This document shows positions 8,736-18,300 of a DNA stretch of 64,000 bases, piece by piece. Positions within the stretch are counted from its first letter, which is position 1, and every line of letters begins with the position of its first letter. The notes beneath the pieces were generated by a model, which did no database searches, was not told the DNA's origin, and worked only from the letters and a program-made list of their open reading frames with translations. Where the stretch lies: positions 8,083 through 72,082 of the forward strand of contig JAHRWA010000008.1 in the NCBI GenBank assembly GCA_019090455.1, given 5' to 3'. Source of the stretch: Pseudomonadales bacterium. Its GTDB lineage: Bacteria > Pseudomonadota > Gammaproteobacteria > Pseudomonadales > DC-out160. The position numbers were made by a program, and so were the translations under genes.

Positions 8736-8829
8736 TGGCGGAAGAGGTAGGAGTCGAACCCACCAAGCACCTTATCAGCGCCTCACTGGCTTTGAAGGCC
8801 AGGCACCCCACCGGGGACATCGCTCTTCC
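8736..8829 (-). tRNA. selC: tRNA-Sec (anticodon UCA)
   Basis: The minus-strand sequence is GGAAGAGCGATGTCCCCGGTGGGGTGCCTGGCCTTCAAAGCCAGTGAGGCGCTGATAAGGTGCTTGGTGGGTTCGACTCCTACCTCTTCCGCCA. It has the anticodon arm CTGGC-CTTCAAA-GCCAG (UCA), a long variable arm, the T-loop TTCGACT and an encoded CCA. The overall layout matches E. coli selC, and the gene lies directly downstream of selA-selB. Confidence 0.93.
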
Positions 8830-8849
8830 GAGATTGATCGGAATCCAGT

Positions 8850-10784
8850 TTATCGTGTAAATTCTTTTTCTGGAAGTGTCGTGTCGATTATCCTTCGGCT
8901 GCTACCATCGCGTAGGGTAAAACGAATAGAGTCGAAATATTCCAGCACTTCGATGATGAGATTACGGCCTACGCCGGTGATGTTTTTGTAGTTGCCGACA
9001 TTGATTGCCTCACCCCTCGCGTCCAGTACTAATACTTTTTGTGCGTAATCAAGAAGTTGATGAGGTAGTCCATAACGCTTTTCGTTAAGTTTTAACACCA
9101 GCCCCTGACGCTGTGCACGATTCAAGGTATCCATCACTTTTGGTTTACTCCAGGCTGTCACCTTCATCAATTCTGAGACTAACGGCATCTGTGCTGCCTG
9201 CTTTTCAAAAATGGGCTTTAGCGTTTTCCAGTGCGGTGGATCGGCTTCCTCTTCTTTGGCTTTATAGCCGGGTGTTTGTACTAGTCCACCCACCATCTTG
9301 AGTAATCCTTTTTGAATGGCTTCAGAAAGAATCGCTTGAAACAGCGTGCTTGTTATGACGTTTTGCAATTGTTCTAGCAAAGCAGATAATGGTAACCCTG
9401 TTTTTTCGGGGTGCTTTAAATGCAGTTGCTGCACGGCTTTAAGTAGCGTTTTTTCAGCAACCTGCCAGTGCTCCTTGGCGATGATGTAGCAAATGCTTTC
9501 CTGGATAAAATGCTTAGCGCCATCCAGGTTTTTCAATGCCTGCGTTTCCTGATCGCGCAGGTTCCAACTGCGGCTGAAATCGCTGAGGTTAATTTCAAAT
9601 TCCTGAGTCTCAAGAAGTTGCTTGATAGACTGCTCGGCATCGTCATGTGACATCGCTGCCAGATACGTTAATCGCTGCTCTCTGGATTTGCCTGCGCGCG
9701 GTGCCAGAGGGTCGAGTATCACCCCTCCGCCGAGAGTGACGGTTTCACTGTGATCTCTCAGTAGAAACCTATCGCCGTGACAACAAGAAAAAGGCAGGGG
9801 CGACATCAGCTGTACGAGTGCCTCGGTACCCGGTTGAAGACGGGGTCGTGCAGCTTCATCAATAATATAGAGTCTCGCCTCAATATGTTTTGCAGCGATG
9901 TGTAACTTGACGGGTGACAAGTGTTTCACCGCAAACGGCGCATCGGTCAGCAGACGAAAACGCGCATCACAACGATGTACCAGTGGAGCATCGATTGCAG
10001 TTGTCAGCACATCACCTCGGCTGATTTGTTGTCTCTCAATGTTGCCAGTAATATTGAGAGCGCAACGTTGTCCGGCTTGTCCGCTTTGTGCATCCTTATC
10101 CTGTACCCGTAGAGATCTGACTCGTAGCGTTTTACCCAGTGGCAACAACTGTAGTTCATCACCCACATTGATCTTACCTGCTGCGACGGTTCCAGTGACC
10201 ACCAAGCCTATGCCCTTGAGTGAAAATGCGCGGTCGATAGACATGCGAAAGTGACAATCTAAATTGCGAGCATTGTGTTGCAGTGGATGATTCTGCAAAT
10301 AGTTTAGCAACTCTGAAATTCCCTCACCCGTGGTGTTGGAGACGGTGAACAGGTCGCATTGTTGGCTTTTTAATAAATCGCGCACTTGCGCGCCGACTTC
10401 TTTCACTCGTGTGGCAGGCACTCGGTCTATTTTGGATACCACCGCGACAAAATGTTTGAGCCCAAGTAAACGAAGAACATTCAGGTGTTCTATGGTTTGC
10501 GGCATGGGCCCATCGTCCGCAGCCACTACCAGCATCCCTAGATCTATGCCACTGACCCCTGAAATCATCGTGTTAATAAAACGGCTGTGGCCAGGCACGT
10601 CGATAAAGCCCAACCGGGTGTCATTGTTCTGGGAATCCGTGGCGAGTGGGAGATAGGCGAAACCGAGGTTGATGGAAAGACCTCGGCGTTTTTCTTCCTC
10701 CAGACGATCGGTATCGATACCGGTTAATTGTTTGATCAACGAAGTCTTGCCATGATCTACGTGACCTGCGGTGGCAATGATCAA
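8850..10784 (-). CDS. selB: Selenocysteine-specific translation elongation factor SelB
   Basis: The N-terminal GTPase has MIIATAGHVDHGKTSL, DVPGH and SKID motifs. The 644-aa length includes the long C-terminal extension characteristic of SelB. The gene overlaps selA by 4 bp and sits next to selC. Confidence 0.92.
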   Translation of the reverse strand: MIIATAGHVDHGKTSLIKQLTGIDTDRLEEEKRRGLSINLGFAYLPLATDSQNNDTRLGFIDVPGHSRFINTMISGVSGIDLGMLVVAADDGPMPQTIEHLNVLRLLGLKHFVAVVSKIDRVPATRVKEVGAQVRDLLKSQQCDLFTVSNTTGEGISELLNYLQNHPLQHNARNLDCHFRMSIDRAFSLKGIGLVVTGTVAAGKINVGDELQLLPLGKTLRVRSLRVQDKDAQSGQAGQRCALNITGNIERQQISRGDVLTTAIDAPLVHRCDARFRLLTDAPFAVKHLSPVKLHIAAKHIEARLYIIDEAARPRLQPGTEALVQLMSPLPFSCCHGDRFLLRDHSETVTLGGGVILDPLAPRAGKSREQRLTYLAAMSHDDAEQSIKQLLETQEFEINLSDFSRSWNLRDQETQALKNLDGAKHFIQESICYIIAKEHWQVAEKTLLKAVQQLHLKHPEKTGLPLSALLEQLQNVITSTLFQAILSEAIQKGLLKMVGGLVQTPGYKAKEEEADPPHWKTLKPIFEKQAAQMPLVSELMKVTAWSKPKVMDTLNRAQRQGLVLKLNEKRYGLPHQLLDYAQKVLVLDARGEAINVGNYKNITGVGRNLIIEVLEYFDSIRFTLRDGSSRRIIDTTLPEKEFTR

Positions 10785-12199
10785 AACAGTTTCTCTCTTA
10801 GTTGTGCCAATTGTGCGACAAAATCCGCCTCTTGTTCCAAACAGCGCAGATCCAGTAATACGCCACCTTTGTGTAGGCGCCCGATCACCGGTATGGGTAA
10901 TGCTCGCAACGCTTCAATCAGACAGCGAAGTTCACTGTCGATGGCTTTTAACGGTTTTATTTCCAAGCAGGCACTGGCAAGGGTTTCGATGGGTAGTGCA
11001 CCACTGCCAATTTGGCTGAAGCCGGGGACGACGGTAACGACAAAGCGGGGTGTTAACGCTGCGCTCAGTATCGGCGCTAGGTTTGTTGCTTGGCTTTGAA
11101 TTATTTCTAAGGGTCGGGTCAGTTGCCTTAAGGTGGGAAGCTCTTGCAGCAAGGCTTCAGGATTACGATACAGTTTTAGCACCTCACTTAATGCCGCAAG
11201 GGTCATTTTGTCTAAACGCAAAGCCCGCTTAAGCGGATTCTTTTTTATTTTCTCTATCAAGTCTTTGCGTCCAGCAATAATTCCCGCTTGGGGGCCACCA
11301 AGCAGTTTGTCACCGCTGAAGGTAATGATATCGGCTCCATTGTTGATGGAGGTGGCAGCGCTTGGCTCATCCGGTAAACCCAAACTGGAAAAATCGATGA
11401 GGCTACCGCTGCCTAAATCGATGACAAAAGGTAAATTATGCTGACCTGACAGATGTGCCAAATCCACTTCACCCACCGATTTGGTGAAACCCTCTACGCG
11501 GTAATTACTGGTGTGTACTTTCATTAATAAAGCCGTTTGTGAATTGATGGCCTGTTCATAATCTCGCAGATGGGTGCGATTAGTGGCGCCAATTTCTACC
11601 AACGTACAACCGGAGCGTGACATAACCTCAGGGATGCGAAAGGAGCCGCCAATTTCCACCAACTCTCCCCTCGATACCGGCACCTCTTGGTTCATGGCCA
11701 GCGTGTTAAGCACTAATAATACTGCGGCGGCATTGTTATTGACGGCGGTAGCGGCTTCAGCGCCGGTGAGTTCACAAATCTGCGCTTCAATATGGGATTC
11801 GCGGTCGTCGCGTTTGCCGGTAGAGAGATCGAATTCAAGATTGGAAGGGGATTGAGCAACCATCACCATCGCCTCTATCGCCCTTTGCGGCAGAGATGCC
11901 CGCCCCAGATTGGTATGTAAAACAGTGCCGGATAAATTGAAAACAGGGCGTAGGCTGCATTTATCCATGTTCTCTAATTTCGCGGTAGCAGCAGACTGAA
12001 TGGCCTCAATGGAATGTGCCGGGGAATCTCCCGCTGTAATGGCCGTACGCAACAGCGACAATTCCTCACGAAGTGCTGCGACAAATTGTTCATGGCCCCA
12101 GCGTTCTATTAATGGTTGCGATTTTTGCAACAGGCTATCGATTCCGGGCAACTGGCGAAACAGCGCTTGAGTTGTCGAGTTGTCACGGCTCGTTGACAT
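10781..12199 (-). CDS. selA: L-seryl-tRNA(Sec) selenium transferase SelA
   Basis: The 472-aa protein carries a PLP-lysine motif, FSGDKLLGGPQAG. Its position upstream of selB-selC, with ATGA overlap coupling, fits selA. Confidence 0.9.
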   Translation of the reverse strand: MSTSRDNSTTQALFRQLPGIDSLLQKSQPLIERWGHEQFVAALREELSLLRTAITAGDSPAHSIEAIQSAATAKLENMDKCSLRPVFNLSGTVLHTNLGRASLPQRAIEAMVMVAQSPSNLEFDLSTGKRDDRESHIEAQICELTGAEAATAVNNNAAAVLLVLNTLAMNQEVPVSRGELVEIGGSFRIPEVMSRSGCTLVEIGATNRTHLRDYEQAINSQTALLMKVHTSNYRVEGFTKSVGEVDLAHLSGQHNLPFVIDLGSGSLIDFSSLGLPDEPSAATSINNGADIITFSGDKLLGGPQAGIIAGRKDLIEKIKKNPLKRALRLDKMTLAALSEVLKLYRNPEALLQELPTLRQLTRPLEIIQSQATNLAPILSAALTPRFVVTVVPGFSQIGSGALPIETLASACLEIKPLKAIDSELRCLIEALRALPIPVIGRLHKGGVLLDLRCLEQEADFVAQLAQLREKLF

Positions 12200-12372
12200 A
12201 GGTTTTCGATCTCATAGGGTAGAGGCGAGGAGTTTATTTAGAGAGGTGATGTTGCAGCTAGGCCATGCTAGCATGCAAACCAAATTATTGGTGAGTGCTT
12301 TCTCGAACAGGGATAGCACAGTGTTTTTATCTCGTTGATTGTTGAATTGTTAATCGTGAATCACATCAGGAA

Positions 12373-13248
12373 ATGAATATGCATCCTCCCGTCAGTTACA
12401 TCCAGCAAACGAAGGCGCTTTATGACAGCCTCGGTTATGAACCTTATAAATGGTTTGCAGCCGATTCAGAGCCCGCTTTCACCAAGCTCAAACAACCATT
12501 GTCAGAATGCAAACTCGGATTAGTCTCTACTGCAGGCACTTATGTTGCCGGCCAGGTAGCGTACTACTACAAGGACGATACCAGTGTTCGAGCCATTCCC
12601 AGTAATACGCCGGTGGAAGATATTCGTTTCTCCCACGTTACTGAAAATTATTTAGTCGATGCCCGTCAAGATCCGCGTTGCACTGTTCCTCTTGAGGCAC
12701 TGCAAACTTTGCAGAAAAAAGGCGTCATCGGTTCATTGGCGAATAACTTTTTTTCTTGCATGGGGGGTATTTATTCCCAGCGTCGGGTTGTGGATGAGCT
12801 GATTCCTGCATTGGAAAAAGGCATTGCCGATGAAGAGATTGATGTGCTTCTGATGGTGCCGTTGTGACCCGTTTGTAATCAGACCGTGTGTCTGATATCC
12901 CGTCATTTTGAAGCGAAAGGAATACCTACACTTATTCTTGGAGGTGGTCAGGACATCTTGCAGGCAGGAAAACCGCCGAGGGCTAAATTTCTGAATTACC
13001 CACTGGGTTTTGGCACAGGCAAGCCCTTTGACACAGAGAATCAACTGGCAGTGCTAACAGCGGCTGTTGCGGGTTTCGATAGCATGCTGAAACCGGGGGT
13101 TGAGTCTCTGGATTTCTCCTGGGATTCGGGGTGGGAGATGATAGCGGAACGAGACAAAAATAAAGATGGAGCGGATCAACGCTCGCCTCGAGATACCACA
13201 CCTCGTTATCAAACGGAACGAGACAAGGAATTGGCCGAAGGTAATTAG
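12373..13248 (+). CDS. GrdB/PrdB-family (glycine/betaine/sarcosine/D-proline reductase B-like) selenoprotein with Sec encoded by TGA at 12865-12867
   Basis: Track ORFs 12373-12867 and 12886-13248 are in the same frame and are separated only by one TGA. Read-through gives ...IDVLLMVPL-U-PVCNQTVCLISRHFEAKGIPTLILGGG...PPRAKFLNYPLGFGTGKPF..., which has a UxxC redox motif in the position I recall for this family. A hairpin starts 11 nt after the TGA. The gene lies 173 bp from, and divergent to, selA. Confidence 0.8.
12878..12896 (+). promoter_or_regulatory. SECIS-like hairpin downstream of the in-frame UGA
   Basis: ATCAGAC (12878-12884) pairs perfectly with GTCTGAT (12890-12896). The loop CGUGU contains GU. 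The stem begins 11 nt 3' of the UGA. Confidence 0.65.
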
Positions 13249-13249
13249 T

Positions 13250-13753
13250 ATGGCGACCGATGACCATTCAGAAATGAAGAATGCAACGACAGACAACACC
13301 ACTATTCGGAAAATTCTGGATGAGTCAAAAACCATTGCGATAGTGGGATTGTCGGGCAACTGGTATCGGCCGAGTTTTTTTGCCGCGAAATATCTGCTGG
13401 AACGTGGATTTAATGTCGTCCCAGTAAACCCTAATTATGAGGAGATACTGGGGCAGAAGTGTTATCCGAATCTTGAGTCTATTCCCGATAAAGTGGATGT
13501 GGTCGATCTATTTCAAAAAGTGGAGCAAGTGCCTAAATTTGTGCAACCCGCTATCGATATCGGTGCCAAAGTGCTCTGGCTGCAACTGGGTATTGTTCAC
13601 GAAAAAGCAGCGGCTCAAGCTCACAATGCCGGCCTAAAAGTGGTCATGGATCGCTGCATGAAAATTGAATACGCGCGATTGTTTGGCGGCTTGAATTGGG
13701 CGGGTGTCAATACCGGTATTATTTCAGCCAAGCGTCCTCGGCGATTACCTTAA
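13250..13753 (+). CDS. CoA-binding domain protein (YccU/YneT-like)
   Basis: The ATG at 13250 lies 2 nt after the selenoprotein stop; the longer track ORF (13166) overlaps that gene. The protein has the typical IAIVGLS.....PS.....YL...G..V.PVNP pattern and a short Rossmann-like CoA-binding fold of about 165 aa. Confidence 0.75.
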   Translation: MATDDHSEMKNATTDNTTIRKILDESKTIAIVGLSGNWYRPSFFAAKYLLERGFNVVPVNPNYEEILGQKCYPNLESIPDKVDVVDLFQKVEQVPKFVQPAIDIGAKVLWLQLGIVHEKAAAQAHNAGLKVVMDRCMKIEYARLFGGLNWAGVNTGIISAKRPRRLP

Positions 13754-13769
13754 AAACCGTACTTAATAG

Positions 13770-15077
<1,308 letters not shown>

Positions 15078-15379
15078 AATTTGAATGCATGTCGGTGTCA
15101 CCAAAAACCCGTATTTAATGGTCAAGCGAGGGAGATTTTTTATTAGGCAGCAACGACTCAGTATTTTCTTATTATTGGGTTTCTTAGTTTCAGCTAGTAA
15201 GCGTGTGGCCTGTAAAGAATAAATTAAAGGCATCCACAGCGTGCCCTTTTTTATTGTCTCGTTTATTTGTCATATTCAAATGTTAGGCTGCGTAGCTCTA
15301 TACCAAGAACTTGGTATTTAATCTGACATCGAAATTACATAGAGTTTGATAATCCTGGGTTAAATATAAAGGAAATCAA

Positions 15380-18300
15380 ATGAGCATCGGAAAATGCGAA
15401 GCATTAAAACGTCACCAATCTAGACAAACTCTTGGTCAATCTATTGATCATTATAAAAAACGGATTCGTTACGCCGGCTTTATTTTTCTATCTCAGTTCT
15501 TACTGATCACGGCCAACGCTGAAACAGTGACTATTTTGCCTGATGGTCCGGACCAAATGCCGGTCTTGTTTATACACGGTGTTAATTCCGATGGTGCTTT
15601 GTGGGGAGTGGGGCCAACAGAGGGGCATTTGGGGGGACGTGTAGATTTAGCGAGCAAGTATATCGAAACTAAAACGTTGGGGCCTGCTCGTTCCCCTTCT
15701 CGATTCTTTGATCAGCAGGGTATACCCAACTGGGCGGTTCAATGGAAAGCGGAGGGAGGCGATAGTCCTTATGCTAGCGCGGATGAAGGGCATGCATTTT
15801 TACAAACCCCAGCTGAATTAAGGGCAGGCGTTGACTGGATTGAGGGGACGTGGACCTCTCAAAATAACCCGCTACCCAGTGCAAAAAGCGTTTTAGCTTC
15901 ATTGCATATCCTTGACGTGGATACGACTAATCTTCCTCTTCCTATTACTGAAATTGATAAAGTGGCAGCCCCAAATTTTTCAAGATTGATGATCGCAGCT
16001 CAATTGCCCGGAAGACATAATTATCAAACAGCAGGTCGTATTGATGGTCGTGCTGATAATCTGTTGGATATGTTAGCGTCTGAGCGCAGCGAAATGGGTA
16101 AACTTGGCAAGTATAGACAAGTCAATATTCTCACTCACTCAATGGGAAGCCTGATCACTCGGGCCGCATTACACAAGGCGGTTGAGGATGGTTCTCGTCA
16201 AGATTCAGAATTTGTCGCGAACGTGATTTATAACGCGCCTCCGTTCGCGGGCTCTACATTGGCATATCTGGCGAACTTATTGTTTGAACCGACACTAGTG
16301 ACTCGGGAAGTATTTGCCGATCCTATGGTTAGGCGGATGTTAGAGACGCATCCAGTAGCAGTCGCATCTATTGGTGGATTGATAGATGTTATTATTTCTC
16401 CCCTTTATAGGGAGCTGGGTTTTACTTCTACCTCATTTTACGGCTCCTTACCGTTATCGTTCAAAGTAACAAAATTCCTTTTAGATAGAACGAACGGAGG
16501 TAATGCGGGTATTCTTTTATTAAATTATCTTACGGTGGATATATTTTGGGGAAATGTAGCGGCGACCTTTATGAATACAGGATTGCGCGCACTCCTTCGG
16601 GATTATAATGGACTGCCGGGGATGAAAGAGCTGGAGCCGGAAGGTGGGGCAACTCACATCACACGTTATGATAATCATCCCGATATAAAACAATTTGTCA
16701 CTTTGGGTAATGGTGGTCCACAAGTAAACTTGTTTCCTGATAATTTGAGTTCAATCGTCACTAACCCCGATATATTATTCAATCCGCCTTTTTTATCTGC
16801 TCAGCAAGATGATTTGGCCTTGGCTACCGGTAGTGCAGAGCTATTAACAACGACCGATGCTTTTGGTCCGGCCATGACACTGCTGTCGCCTATCAATTCA
16901 ACCTCGGGTGTCTTTAATGGTTTTACCCATGAAGATTTGTGGTCCCATAATGTGCCGGCCATGGCTCCAGTGTGGCTGAAAACCTTATGGGTGCCGCCGA
17001 CCAGTTTAATCTTAGACGGTGATGTTATTGAAGCGGATTCGGCATCACGTAGTTATGTTATTAATGATCTGGATACGGAAATTCGATTTGAGTCGGAGTC
17101 CTTTGATAAAGCGTTAACTTTTACGGCACCGTTTCCTGTCAATCAACAAGATAGTTTAACGATTAATGTAGCCGCTGCATCTCATCAATACCGCGTTATT
17201 CCCGACAATGGTACTTTCACTGAAGTCGAAGAATGGCAGGAGTTGGCGGTGGGTTCCAGCCTTTCGTTCCGGCAAATTGTCGATGATTTTTCGCTATCAG
17301 GAACTCCCTTCTTTCTGGAATGGCGCTCGATTAATGCCATAGGAGGTCGAGAGATGATTCGGCGAGCACGTTTTGCCGTGATAGGGGATGTCGCTCAGAT
17401 ATCCAGTTACCGACTGTTGGCCGTTGATTACAGTGAGGTGTTGGAGAAGTCTGCTTACTCGCATTTGGATGCTAAAGCCGTACGCAATAAACTATTACTG
17501 CGGACGCTAGAGGGGAATGCCTCTTTATTGGAAAAGTTAGCGCAAGTGCAGGCGCAAACCGAGGCGAAGTGGGTGTTACGCAATCCGCAAAGCAAAGCAC
17601 TTTTCTTCACCTTCGATGCACGCACGGATATAGAGTATGCGTGGGATGATGAAACCCTTTCTAACCCCAGCAATCGGGCGGATGTGGATAGCGCGGTAAT
17701 CAATTTAGGTTCTTTAAGCGAGGGGCGTCACAATTTGTTTATACGTACATCGGTATCCGCAATCGGTGTTACACAACAATCGGATATTATGCAATTCAGT
17801 GTGTTAGTCGATAACACACCACCGTTGATCCATTTTACCCAAGCCAGCAATCATCCGTTAGGGGTGGTCGTCGGGCCGATGACGCCATTGTATTTTACAG
17901 TACAGGATATTGAAACCAACGCGGCAACGGGCGTGGCATTGTTGGCGGGTCAGGAGAAATGGACTTACCCCGATAGCAAAATTTTTAATTTAAATAATAC
18001 AGATTTTATTGAAGACCTCGAATCGAAGGGTATCGCCGGCGGCTTTGTTGATATTGTTTTTAACGCGGAAGACGCCGTTGGAAATCGCAGTGAAATCACT
18101 GAGCAGTTTTATTTGGATATCGTCTCGCCCGACCAAGAAATTGTTGAAATTACGGATACATTATTAGTTGCGCAAGGTGAATATAAAACCGCGACAAAGA
18201 CGGTGACATTAGTGTTAGATCAGTCAGATTCCGGAGCCGGTGTGACTGAAAACCCACACTTAATGGGGGTGCATGAAAATGGCGAACTGGTTGCCAATGA

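Noticed and set aside
650-8829. The NRPS cluster as a selC-integrated island bounded by a direct repeat of the selC 3' end
   Set aside because: I looked for a second copy of the selC 3' sequence (plus strand TGGCGGAAGAGGTAGGAGTCGAACC) in 650-1400 and found none. The only match was a 9-nt chance match, cgctcttcc, near 1100. No integrase belongs to this side. Spot GC counts on individual 60-nt lines inside the NRPS ranged from about 37% to about 58%, so I cannot claim a compositional difference by eye.
8710-8991. Track ORF of 93 aa on the plus strand
   Set aside because: It runs across the antisense strand of tRNA-Sec and the 3' end of selB. It is an artefact of the tRNA and gene complement.
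9113-11855. Numerous plus-strand ORFs of 60-123 aa inside selB and selA
   Set aside because: All lie antisense to two long genes with strong motifs, and they are rich in Arg, Ser and Pro, as is typical of shadow frames in GC-richer coding sequence.
12733-13359. Three minus-strand ORFs (12733-13044, 12983-13267, 13054-13359) and the N-terminal extension of ORF 13166-13753
   Set aside because: They overlap the read-through selenoprotein frame. The CoA-binding protein has a better start at 13250, right after the selenoprotein stop.
15221-15256. A possible terminator downstream of metY
   Set aside because: Only a 4-bp perfect stem (GGCA/TGCC) or a bulged 7-bp stem precedes the T-run, and it lies about 150 nt beyond the stop codon. 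This is too weak to annotate with confidence.
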